Source of the DNA: an uncultured Candidatus Peribacteria bacterium | GTDB taxonomy: Bacteria; Patescibacteriota; Gracilibacteria; UM-FILTER-43-11 | Reading direction: 5' to 3' | Length of the DNA stretch: 40,128 nucleotides | NCBI GenBank assembly: GCA_964448005.1 | Contig: CAYUUW010000010.1 | Span: 1 to 40,128, forward strand | Shown: positions 28,903-37,259 of the stretch, piece after piece | Numbering within the stretch: position 1 is the stretch's first letter | Layout: every line of letters begins with the position of its first letter | Translations under genes and position numbers: made by a program | The notes under the pieces: generated by a model | What the model was told of the DNA's origin: nothing | What the model saw: only the letters and a program-made list of their open reading frames with translations | Databases searched by the model: none

Positions 28903-30885
28903 ATGGCTACCGACAAAAGAGACGAAGATGGAAAAGGGCCGGACCGCGAAGGGGAAGATTCTTTCCTTCCTGTTGCTCCTCCCCGGGAAGAAAGGGTCTC
29001 CGGAAGCGCTGCGGAAACTCCGCCTGCGGAACAGGCTCCTCAAGGTTCCATGGTTCCATTGGAAACAATAACGAGCCTTCGCCGTGACGGGGTGGCGGCT
29101 CTTGTGGCCAGGCTTGCGCAAGAGGCTAAGGTTCCCTCATCTTCCTCCCAGGAGAGCCTGGCAACCGCCCTCCAGAAGCTGGATTCGCTTTCTTCGGAGT
29201 CACCTTCTTCCGAGGGGGAGCGAAGCGAAGCCCAATTGGACCTCCAGGAAGCCTTCGACGATTTTTTCTCCTTGCTGTGGCGCCTGGAAGAAGAGCATGC
29301 CCAACAGCTGCTGCAGGCTATGGTCGAACGCTTTCCTGAAGCCCTTTGGCAAAGGGATTTGGGCCTGATCGACCTTTTCTGCTCCGGCTTCTTGCGGGGA
29401 GAAAAGGCATTGGCGATGCTTAGTCTGATTACCGAAAAACTTCCTGGCCATCCTTTGGCGGCTCTCTGCGCGGAGCATCTGCCTGGCATCGTGGAGCTGC
29501 GTCAGGCCCTTTCAGAAACCCCTTCACTCGTTGAGGAGGGGGCCGAAGAAAAGCTCCGGGCTTATTTTACTATGGGAAAATATTATTTGTTGAATGATTA
29601 TCCGCTCGGCTCCGCCACTCGCTACAGCATGGCTTCCTCTATGCTGAAAGCTGAAGGGAAAAGGCGGAATAATCCCCAATGGACGGAGGCGGCCAAATCG
29701 TGGGGGGAGCTTGCGATTTCCTTGGATCCGACCGTGGCCCGGAGACAGGTTCGCCTTTTTCTCAGCTACATCGACTCCGGACAGCTGGATCGAGCCTTGA
29801 AGGTCTTTAGGCCAGAGGCTCAATTTTCGCCTCGTGATCTCAAGGATCTTCATAGGCTTTTCCGCTCTCTGTTGGAGCAGTGCAAAGAGCTGCATTTGAC
29901 CGATTTTGAATCCAAAGGAGAAGCCCAAAGAGAGGAGCGGCGGCTTAAGGAGGCGCAGACCTTCAGGCGCATTCTGGGGGTGCTCACAGGCATTCTGCAG
30001 CCTCTCCAAGGCGAAGAGTTTGAGGGCTACTACACTGCTTCCCTGAATGCATTGGATGAGATGATTGAAGAGGTAGCCGCCTTTGAAAGGGTTATGGACG
30101 GGCAGCCGATCGCCGAATCGGATGTGGATACTTCCTCGCCGGGGCATCTTCTGGCTTATGCTCAGCAGCTCTGCGATGCAAACGAGCACGAAAAGGCTTT
30201 GCTTTGGCTCATGAAGTCTTGGGAAATAAAGCCTCAAGATCCGTCCACTGCTTTTCAGTTCGCGGTCTGCTACGAAGCTCTGGAACGAAATCTTGAGGCT
30301 TTGCCCTATGCCCGCATCGCTGCTGAAAGTTTCCCCGGACAAAGCGATCCTCAGCTGATACTGGGAAGGGTGCTCTTGGCATGCGGCCAAGGGCAGGAGG
30401 CGCTTGCCACTTTGGAAAAAGCCCTCCGGCTGGGGCGAAGCCATCAGACATTGTTCGCTTTGGCCTGGGCGAAAGTGCTTTTGCAGCAGGACAATGATCC
30501 GGAGGAGCCGGCCGAAGTCCTCTTGGAAGAAGCGGAGCATTTGGCGCCAGGTTCAGAATATGCGGATCCCTACCGCGCAGCCCGATGCCTGCTTCTCATT
30601 GGCAAAGATAGAACTGAAGAAGCCATTGCCTTGGCCTTGCAGCTTTCGTCTGAGACAACGGATTCAAATTTGCTTGCCTTTGCCGCAGGCTGCCTTTGCA
30701 TGCTAGGGAAGCGGGAAGAAGCCTTGGCGACCGTGGCCAGGGCAGTTCAAGGGGATCCCCAATGGCTGGATCTGAGCTTCAGGATTGCTGCCGGTCCGCT
30801 TGGTCAAGGCGAACTGCGCTTGATTTTGGAACCTCGCATTCTTCATCTTGTTCCTAAGCCCAGCGCCAACGATCCGGAAATCTAA
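28903..30885 (+). CDS. Hypothetical protein with C-terminal TPR-like repeats
   Basis: ATG at 28903 within track ORF 28561..30885. The C-terminal third has TPR-like A/L/Y periodicity (EKALLWLMKSWEIKPQDPSTAFQFAVCYEALERNLEAL...). Confidence 0.65.
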   Translation: MATDKRDEDGKGPDREGEDSFLPVAPPREERVSGSAAETPPAEQAPQGSMVPLETITSLRRDGVAALVARLAQEAKVPSSSSQESLATALQKLDSLSSESPSSEGERSEAQLDLQEAFDDFFSLLWRLEEEHAQQLLQAMVERFPEALWQRDLGLIDLFCSGFLRGEKALAMLSLITEKLPGHPLAALCAEHLPGIVELRQALSETPSLVEEGAEEKLRAYFTMGKYYLLNDYPLGSATRYSMASSMLKAEGKRRNNPQWTEAAKSWGELAISLDPTVARRQVRLFLSYIDSGQLDRALKVFRPEAQFSPRDLKDLHRLFRSLLEQCKELHLTDFESKGEAQREERRLKEAQTFRRILGVLTGILQPLQGEEFEGYYTASLNALDEMIEEVAAFERVMDGQPIAESDVDTSSPGHLLAYAQQLCDANEHEKALLWLMKSWEIKPQDPSTAFQFAVCYEALERNLEALPYARIAAESFPGQSDPQLILGRVLLACGQGQEALATLEKALRLGRSHQTLFALAWAKVLLQQDNDPEEPAEVLLEEAEHLAPGSEYADPYRAARCLLLIGKDRTEEAIALALQLSSETTDSNLLAFAAGCLCMLGKREEALATVARAVQGDPQWLDLSFRIAAGPLGQGELRLILEPRILHLVPKPSANDPEI

Positions 30886-31331
30886 AACCCCTCCTTCATC
30901 TCCTGGATGCCCTGGGCGATCCTTTTCTGCAGCTTCCTCTCGCCCAAGGCCAGAATGCGCAGCGCCGCCAGGGCGGCGTTTTGGGGGCTGGCGCTCACCA
31001 GGCTCGGCGCATCCGCAGGGGGCTGCAGCGAGGAGTGGATGTTGGCCAGGTAATCGGCCCGGTCTTTGAAGAGGGGGCAGGCGATCACCGGATGCACCGC
31101 ATTGGCCGCCACCAGGCCCGAGAGCGCATTGGCCCCGCCGCTGAGCGTGATGTACACCATCTGATCCTGGCTCCGGTTGAACTCCCGGACGATGTCCAGC
31201 GCCAGCTCGGGAACCTTGTAGGCAGAGACGCAGTACAGCTCGGTTTTCACCCCGAAGCTTTCCACGGTTTCGGCGATCCTTTGGGCGCAGGCCTGATCGG
31301 CTTTGGATTCCATGAGGATGGCGACGAGCAT
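30882..31331 (-). CDS. PurE (AIR carboxylase) superfamily protein, active-site-divergent
   Basis: VAILMESKAD aligns with VIMGSKSD, VSAYKVPE with VSAHRTPD, and ITLSGGANALSGLVAANAVHPVIACP with IAGAGGAAHLPGMIAA..PVLGVP. Confidence 0.7.
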   Translation of the reverse strand: MLVAILMESKADQACAQRIAETVESFGVKTELYCVSAYKVPELALDIVREFNRSQDQMVYITLSGGANALSGLVAANAVHPVIACPLFKDRADYLANIHSSLQPPADAPSLVSASPQNAALAALRILALGERKLQKRIAQGIQEMKEGF

Positions 31332-31514
31332 GGGAGCGAATTAGGGGATTGAATCTGAAGCGAGTTTATCGGAAAAGCTCTCTTTTTAAAACCTCCCTCT
31401 ATTCTCTTTTCCCTTCAAAACAGTGCGGAAATTGCGTAAACTGTGCGTTGAAAAACATGCGGCAGGCGGCCAGCTGTCTGCCGCAAGCGGTTGCAGCCAC
31501 TGGCCTGCATCAGT

Positions 31515-31559
31515 CCCAATAATCCCCACACTCCCCACGCTCCCAATAATCCCACCCAA
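31515..31559 (+). repeat. Five in-phase CCC-N6 9-mers abutting the gatB ATG
   Basis: cccaataat ccccacact ccccacgct cccaataat cccacccaa ATG. Confidence 0.75.
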
Positions 31560-32990
31560 ATGATTTACGAAACCGTCATCGGCCTGGAAGTGCATTGCCG
31601 GCTGAAAACCAAAAGCAAGCTGTTCTGCCGCTGCGCCAACGAAGGGGTGGCCGACGAAGCCCCCAACAGCCGCGTCTGCCCCATCTGCATGGGCTTTCCC
31701 GGCATGCTGCCTTTGATGAACCAGGCGGCTGTGGAGAAGGGGGTGCAGGCGGCTTTGGCCTTGGGCTGCACAATTCCGGAATTCTCGAAGATGGACCGCA
31801 AGAGCTACTTCTACCCCGATCTGCCCATGGGCTACCAGATCTCGCAGTACGATCTGCCCGTGTCGCAGAAGGGGGCGGTGAGCATCACGCTGTCCGACGG
31901 ATCCGAGAAAGCCATCGGCGTGACCCGGCTGCACCTGGAGAACGACGCAGGCAAGCTGACGCACGGCGCCAATGGAACCCTCGTCGATTACAACCGGGGC
32001 GGCGTTCCCCTGATGGAGATTGTGAGCGAGCCGGATCTGCGCACGCCCGAGGAGGCGGTGGAATACGCCCGCCAGCTGCAGAAGATCGTGCGCTACGTGG
32101 GGGCGAGCGATGCGGACATGGAAAAGGGGCAGATGCGCTTCGACCTGAACCTTTCCCTGCGCCCTGTGGGCCAGGCGGCCTTCGGCACCCGCTCGGAAGT
32201 CAAGAACCTCAATTCCTTCCGCTCGCTGCAGAAGGCTGCGGAGTACGAGATCAGGCGCCAGACGGAGCTGCTGGAGAAGGGCGAGAAGATCGTTCAGGAA
32301 ACCCGCGGCTGGGACGACGAAAAAGAGATCACCGTGTCGCAGCGCAGCAAGGAGGAGGCGGCCGACTACCGCTACTTTCCCGAGCCGGATCTGCCTCCTT
32401 TGCGGATGACGAAGGAGATGGTGGAGGCGCTGCGCGCCCAGCTTCCCGAGCTGCCCGAGGCCAAAGCGAAGCGCTACCAAAGCGAGTTGGGCCTGCCTGC
32501 GGCCGATGCGCGCCAGATCGCGGAGGACCGGGCCTTGGCCGAGTACTACGAGGCGGCGCTGGCGACATCCGGCGAGGCGAAGAAGACGGCGAACTGGCTG
32601 CTGAGCGAGCTACTGGCCCTGCTGAAGCCGGAGGGGCTGACGATCGAGCAATCGAAGCTCTCTGCTCCGAACTTGGGCAAATTGGTCAAATTGATTGAAT
32701 CCGGCGCGATCACGGGCAGGATCGCCAAGGACCTTTTCCCCGAGCTTTACGCGGGGGATCTGAATCCGGAGAAGCTGGTGGAGGAGAGGGGACTTACGGT
32801 GATGGAAGATGCCGGCGCCTTGGAGGCGATCTGCCGCCAGGTGATCGAGCGCAATCCGCAGATCGTGGCGGACTTCAAGGCCGGCAAGGAAAAGGCCTTG
32901 GGCGGCTTGGTGGGTCAGGTGATGGCGGCGACGAAGGGGGCGGCGAATCCGGGGAAAGTGAATGAGGTGTTGAGGGAATTGCTTCGGTAA
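31560..32990 (+). CDS. gatB: Asp/Glu-tRNA(Asn/Gln) amidotransferase subunit B
   Basis: MIYETVIGLEVHCRLKTKSKLFCRC, CPICMGFPGMLP, DRKSYFYPDLPMGYQISQ, VTRLHLENDAGK, and the C-terminal YqeY-like tail. Confidence 0.93.
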   Translation: MIYETVIGLEVHCRLKTKSKLFCRCANEGVADEAPNSRVCPICMGFPGMLPLMNQAAVEKGVQAALALGCTIPEFSKMDRKSYFYPDLPMGYQISQYDLPVSQKGAVSITLSDGSEKAIGVTRLHLENDAGKLTHGANGTLVDYNRGGVPLMEIVSEPDLRTPEEAVEYARQLQKIVRYVGASDADMEKGQMRFDLNLSLRPVGQAAFGTRSEVKNLNSFRSLQKAAEYEIRRQTELLEKGEKIVQETRGWDDEKEITVSQRSKEEAADYRYFPEPDLPPLRMTKEMVEALRAQLPELPEAKAKRYQSELGLPAADARQIAEDRALAEYYEAALATSGEAKKTANWLLSELLALLKPEGLTIEQSKLSAPNLGKLVKLIESGAITGRIAKDLFPELYAGDLNPEKLVEERGLTVMEDAGALEAICRQVIERNPQIVADFKAGKEKALGGLVGQVMAATKGAANPGKVNEVLRELLR

Positions 32991-33002
32991 GGATTGTTTT
33001 AA

Positions 33003-34011
33003 AGAATGCTTGTTATGGGAAACAATAAAAATCTCATCATCTATCAGGCTAAAACCGGAGCCATTGAGCTTAAGGGTGATTTTAAAAAAGAGACGGTATG
33101 GGCTAATTTGAATCAAATTGCTCAGCTTTTTGATACTGATAAATCAGGTATATCTAGGCATATCAAGAACATTTTTAAAATCAAAGAACTTAAACAAAAA
33201 TCAAGTGTTGCAATTTTTGCAACAGTTCAAAAGGAAGGTGGTAAGCAAGTGAAGCGCGATATAGAATACTATAATTTAGACATGATTCTTTCCGTTGGCT
33301 ATAGGGTGAATAGTAAAAAAGCAACTTCATTCCGCCAATGGGCGACTAAAACTTTGCGTTCCCACCTCATTCAGGGCTATACCATTAATCGCTCTCAAAT
33401 TGGCAGGAACTACGAGAAATTTATGAAGGCCGTGGCAGAAGTTAAGTTGCTTTTGCCTCCTTCGGACTTGGTCGACGCCAACGATGCCCTTGAACTGGCT
33501 CAGCTTTTCGCCAATACGTGGTTTTCTCTGGATGCTTATGATAGGTCCACTTTTCCCGTAAAAGGATTGATGAAAAAGGAAGTTGATTTTACTGCCAATC
33601 AGCTTGCTCAAGCTTTGGCTGAGCTTAAAAAGGGGCTCATGGCCAAAAAGGAGGCTTCGGGGCTTTTCGGTTCCGAGCGGGGTGGTCAGAGCTTGGCGGG
33701 GATTGTGGGGAATGTTTTTCAGTCTTTTGAGGGTGAGGATTTATATGTGACGATTGAAGAGAAGGCAGCTCATTTGCTTTACTTCATTGTTAAAAACCAT
33801 CCTTTTGTGGATGGAAACAAGCGTTCCGGGGCTTTTGCCTTTGTTTGGTTTTTGAATCGGAGTGGAATTCTGGAGAAAGAGAAAATGAACCCCGTTGCCC
33901 TCACTGTGTTGACTTTGCTGGTGGCAGAGAGTGATCCAAAGGAAAAGGATAGAATTATTGGATTGATTTTATTGCTTCTGAGATAGGCGATCTTAAAAAA
34001 TGATCAGGGGG
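33003..34011 (+). mobile_element. Putative inserted single-gene cassette (RhuM-Fic/Doc) bounded by duplicated gatB 3' ends; no recombinase
   Basis: See the direct repeats 32943-33002 and 34012-34071. The interior has visibly lower GC. Confidence 0.45.
33006..33986 (+). CDS. RhuM-family N-terminal domain fused to a Fic/Doc (death-on-curing type) domain
   Basis: RhuM block: ETVWANLNQIAQLF...ISRHIKNIF...YYNLDMILSVGYRVNSKKATSFRQWATKTLRSHLIQGY. Doc-type Fic motif: HPFVDGNKRSGAFAF. Confidence 0.85.
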   Translation: MLVMGNNKNLIIYQAKTGAIELKGDFKKETVWANLNQIAQLFDTDKSGISRHIKNIFKIKELKQKSSVAIFATVQKEGGKQVKRDIEYYNLDMILSVGYRVNSKKATSFRQWATKTLRSHLIQGYTINRSQIGRNYEKFMKAVAEVKLLLPPSDLVDANDALELAQLFANTWFSLDAYDRSTFPVKGLMKKEVDFTANQLAQALAELKKGLMAKKEASGLFGSERGGQSLAGIVGNVFQSFEGEDLYVTIEEKAAHLLYFIVKNHPFVDGNKRSGAFAFVWFLNRSGILEKEKMNPVALTVLTLLVAESDPKEKDRIIGLILLLLR

Positions 34012-34059
34012 GCGAATCCGGGGGAGCTGAATGAGATTTTGAGGGGGATGTTGGGGTAG
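34012..34059 (+). pseudogene. Relic copy of the gatB 3' end (ANPGELNEILRGMLG*)
   Basis: It is gap-free and 36/48 nt identical to 32943-32990 (ANPGKVNEVLRELLR*). The phase is the same and the stop falls at the equivalent codon. Confidence 0.6.
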
Positions 34060-34096
34060 GGGAGTTTTATTGATTTTACTATTTTAACAATTAACT

Positions 34097-34594
34097 ATGG
34101 AAAAAGAATATTTTGAGTACAAAAAAGAGTATTGGAAAGAAGAGCTTTTCAGATCCTCTGATAAGGCAAATTTTCATTCACACAATTTTTGCAATACCCA
34201 AGCAAATTTAGCCTCGATAGTGATAGGATTCCTCTCATTCAGTATTTATTTTGATGTAGGGGTTTTTTCCGACACAAAAATATTGATATTTCTGACCTAT
34301 ATGTCTGCATTTTTGTCCTTAGCATTTGGTTTGTTTAATTTCGGCCTCAAGCGTAGATTTTGGTCTGATTCTACTGATAAAATTCAGAAAATTAATGGAG
34401 AGTATCTTAAATTCTTAAAAACAAAAAAGGATGATACGAAGCAGGAGGACTACAGATGTTTATTTGAAAAAGAGAAATTGATTTTAGGTGAGAAGAAAGT
34501 CTCGTCAAATTCTTGGGCATGGATATCACAAAGTATTTTTTTGGCAGTAAGTTTTTTACTTTTTATTCTAGTTTCATGGAAAGCGGCATTCTGA
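34097..34594 (+). CDS. Hypothetical 3-TM membrane protein, low GC
   Basis: 165 aa. Hydrophobic segments lie at ~37-57, 64-88 and 141-162, with a K/E-rich loop between. No domain recognised. Confidence 0.55.
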   Translation: MEKEYFEYKKEYWKEELFRSSDKANFHSHNFCNTQANLASIVIGFLSFSIYFDVGVFSDTKILIFLTYMSAFLSLAFGLFNFGLKRRFWSDSTDKIQKINGEYLKFLKTKKDDTKQEDYRCLFEKEKLILGEKKVSSNSWAWISQSIFLAVSFLLFILVSWKAAF

Positions 34595-34637
34595 GCTGGG
34601 GCAGATCTTTAATCTGTTTCAGCATCCTCACGGCTGC

Positions 34638-34927
34638 CATGGACTCCGGATCGGGTCCGGAGTGACGGAGGGGGAGGGCATGGACTCCGGCCCTGCCTAC
34701 CGTCGCCGGAATGACGGCCATTCATCCAGCAAACCATCCGTCATTCCGTGCCACGACACGGAATCCACCTGTCCCTCCAATTCACCTTTTAGACTGTGGC
34801 AGATCTGCCTCCCGCCGCCACCCATGGACTCCGGATCGGGTCCGAAGTGACGCTCCCCACCCGTCATTCCGTGCTACGACACGGAATCCACCTACCCCTC
34901 TATCATTCCGGCGAAAGCCGGGATCCA
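34638..34927. repeat. Pile-up of six hairpin-family elements upstream of the GIY-YIG gene
   Basis: The elements lie at 34638-34668(-), 34679-34717(-), 34738-34769(+), 34823-34852(-), 34861-34892(+) and 34902-34927(+). The consensus is CCGTCAYTCCG-loop-CGGARTCCA. Confidence 0.8.
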
Positions 34928-35266
34928 TACCAAAACAGTCATCATGAAGCAGCCCTGCGTTTACATTCTGGCTAGCCAGCCGCAGGGCACCTTGTACATC
35001 GGCGTCACGAGCGACCTGATGAAAAGGGTGCATGAGCACAAGCAGAAGCTCGTGGAGGGGTTCACTAAAAAATACAATGTAGATCGACTCGTCTATTTTG
35101 AGCTCCATGAGGATATGCCTTCGGCCATTGAGCGTGAGAAGCATTTGAAGGAGTGGAAAAGGCGATGGAAGATCGAACTCATAGAAAAGGAGAATCCCCT
35201 TTGGACCGATCTGTATGAGAGTCTGCTGGAGTGAAAAGCGTGGATTCCGGCTTTCGCCGGAATGAC
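34902..35266 (+). mobile_element. Putative 365-bp unit: a GIY-YIG gene bracketed by 26-nt inverted hairpin elements
   Basis: atcattccggcgaaagccgggatcca at 34902-34927 matches the reverse complement of 35241-35266 (gtcattccggcgaaagccggaatcca) at 24/26 positions. The repeats lie 16 nt before the ATG and 6 nt after the stop. Confidence 0.45.
34944..35234 (+). CDS. GIY-YIG nuclease superfamily protein (UPF0213/YhbQ-like, COG2827 type)
   Basis: CVYILASQPQGTLYIGVTSDLMKRVHEHK...VYFELHEDMPSAIEREKHLKEWKRRWK. Confidence 0.88.
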   Translation: MKQPCVYILASQPQGTLYIGVTSDLMKRVHEHKQKLVEGFTKKYNVDRLVYFELHEDMPSAIEREKHLKEWKRRWKIELIEKENPLWTDLYESLLE

Positions 35267-35368
35267 GAATGGTGTGGTCCTTAGGCTTTTATTGAATAAA
35301 AAATTTGTTCAATTAAATCCAAACCCACCCGTCATTCTGGCGCTGCCCATCGACGCCGGATCGTGGCT
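35241..35368. repeat. Two further hairpin-family elements downstream of the GIY-YIG gene
   Basis: tggattccggctttcgccggaatgac lies at 35241-35266, and cccgtcattctggcgctgcccatcgacgccggatcg at about 35328-35368. Confidence 0.7.
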
Positions 35369-35461
35369 TGGTGTGACGATTGGCGTTAGGCGTGAATCAT
35401 CAAAAAATACAGGCGGGGCAATGTCCCGCCTGTATTTCGCCTCTTTCCTCAGTTTATCCGA

Positions 35462-36895
35462 TTAGGGGCACATCATTCCTCCATCGTCGATGCTCCACAA
35501 ATGGGCAGTGATCAGGCTGCTCCGATCCGGTTCGCTCTTGCAGTAGGTGGAATCGCCTCCGTGGAAGGGGACCTTGGGCTGCACGGCCTGGGCGTTCCAT
35601 CCTGCCAAAAGGGAATCGTAATTCGGGGTGGAAAGGCGGGCACCTGTAAACATATCCGTCATATCGGTGACGGAAGCTATATTCCAATTGCCGATATTCT
35701 GGTCGAAATCGATGGCATCGGCGAACATGAAGTGCATGTCGGTCACTTTGCTGACGTCCCAGCCTCCGATGTCCTGGTTGAAGGGGGTGTCTGCGAACAT
35801 TCCTGTCATATTCGTCACGTTGCTCACGTCCCAATTGCCAAGGTTATGGTTGAAAGGGGTATATGAGAACATGTCGGTCATATTCGTGACATTTCCCACA
35901 TTCCAGCCCCCGATATCCTGATTGAATGCGGCCGCACCCGAAAATATTCCGCTCATGTCTGTGACGCCGCTAACATCCCAATTGCCAATGGCTTGATTGA
36001 AGGCGGTGTTTTGGGCGAACATTCCCCTCATTTCTTTCACATTGCCTACATCCCAGCTGCCGATCTTCTGGTTGAAAGCAGTATTATGAGCGAGCATGTA
36101 GGACATATCTGTTACGTTTCCTACATCCCAGCTGCCGATGTCTTCGTTGAAAAGGGTCGATGAAAACATTCCGAACATATTTTTCACACCACTCACATCC
36201 CAGTTGCTTATTTTCTGGTTGAACGCATTGTTACCAGCAAACATATCACTCATGCTTGCCACCTTGCTCACATCCCAACTGCTGATGTCTTGGTTGAAGA
36301 AGGGGGTCGCTGCGAACAGGGCGCTCATGTCCGTCACCTTGCCCACATCCCAACCGCTGATGTCTTGGTTTAAGGAGGTTTCCGCGAACATGGCGCTCAT
36401 GTCCGTGACATGCGAAAGGTTGGGGCTGTCGGTGGCGTTGAGGGTCATGTTGTACGCTCCACTGAAAGCGCGAGCCATAGAAGTCCATGGGCTCTTGCCC
36501 CATTGCTCCACACTAAGCAGCTTTCCGCCTTCCGCCGTATAGGCAAAATAGATTCGCGGAAAAGTGCCGGAGATAGAGATGTTATAGGTTCCTGGCCCAG
36601 CGTAGTCACACGTGTAATCCCCGATTTGGTGGGTTGCTTCATGGATACCGTCGCTGTCGCAATCGACGCTGTAGTCGTAGACCTCCCCTGGAAAGGTGGG
36701 GATGGTGAACTGGTCATTGGCCGAGATTCCGGGATTGTCCGTCTTCGCTTTGATCACGAAATCATTGGGATCGTTCTTCGCGGAGATCGTCAAATCGTTG
36801 GGAGCGTAGGGGGTGCGGGAGGCATGCGCATAATTCATGTCCAAGAATCCTGCCAGCAGGACTAGGGCGGCTAGGGCGAATGAAATTTTCTTCAT
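35462..36895 (-). CDS. BspA-family leucine-rich-repeat surface protein (DUF285 repeats)
   Basis: A signal peptide is followed by about 10 repeats of FNQDIxxWDVSxVTxMxxMF. Confidence 0.85.
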   Translation of the reverse strand: MKKISFALAALVLLAGFLDMNYAHASRTPYAPNDLTISAKNDPNDFVIKAKTDNPGISANDQFTIPTFPGEVYDYSVDCDSDGIHEATHQIGDYTCDYAGPGTYNISISGTFPRIYFAYTAEGGKLLSVEQWGKSPWTSMARAFSGAYNMTLNATDSPNLSHVTDMSAMFAETSLNQDISGWDVGKVTDMSALFAATPFFNQDISSWDVSKVASMSDMFAGNNAFNQKISNWDVSGVKNMFGMFSSTLFNEDIGSWDVGNVTDMSYMLAHNTAFNQKIGSWDVGNVKEMRGMFAQNTAFNQAIGNWDVSGVTDMSGIFSGAAAFNQDIGGWNVGNVTNMTDMFSYTPFNHNLGNWDVSNVTNMTGMFADTPFNQDIGGWDVSKVTDMHFMFADAIDFDQNIGNWNIASVTDMTDMFTGARLSTPNYDSLLAGWNAQAVQPKVPFHGGDSTYCKSEPDRSSLITAHLWSIDDGGMMCP

Positions 36896-37259
36896 AGAAT
36901 ATAGAGTTTAAGAAAATAAAAGCAAGGCAATAAGAAGGGAAAAAATTATCCCCAAATGCCTTCATTCTTCATGAAACAAAGGCGAGCTGCTTTTGCCGAT
37001 TATTTTGAAGATTGCCTGAAGAAGCCTGATGCTTCCTTCGAGTCGGCTTCCAAACGGAATGGCTCCATTCCTGCGCCTCTTTCAGAATACCATTAAAATC
37101 AGGAAAAAGCCACCCAAGAGGACAGGTTCCAGGAATGGCTTTCAATGCCTGAAGCCCAATGGGCTTCCGTCCGAAGAGAGCAGGATCTATTCAATTTAAT
37201 GGAAAAGTGATACCATGCTAATGGGCTTGAGCTCGGTTTAGTCATTAACCCTTGCTACC

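Noticed and set aside
34638-34927. Possible CRISPR array (regularly recurring palindromic repeats)
   Set aside because: The repeats are not identical and occur in both orientations with irregular spacing of 4-50 nt. They belong to a family dispersed elsewhere in the window, and no cas genes are present.
35600-36500. DNA-level tandem repeat array on the minus strand
   Set aside because: The periodicity is the coding repeat of the BspA/DUF285 LRR protein (FNQDIxxWDVSxVTxM). The nucleotide copies are diverged, as expected for protein repeats.
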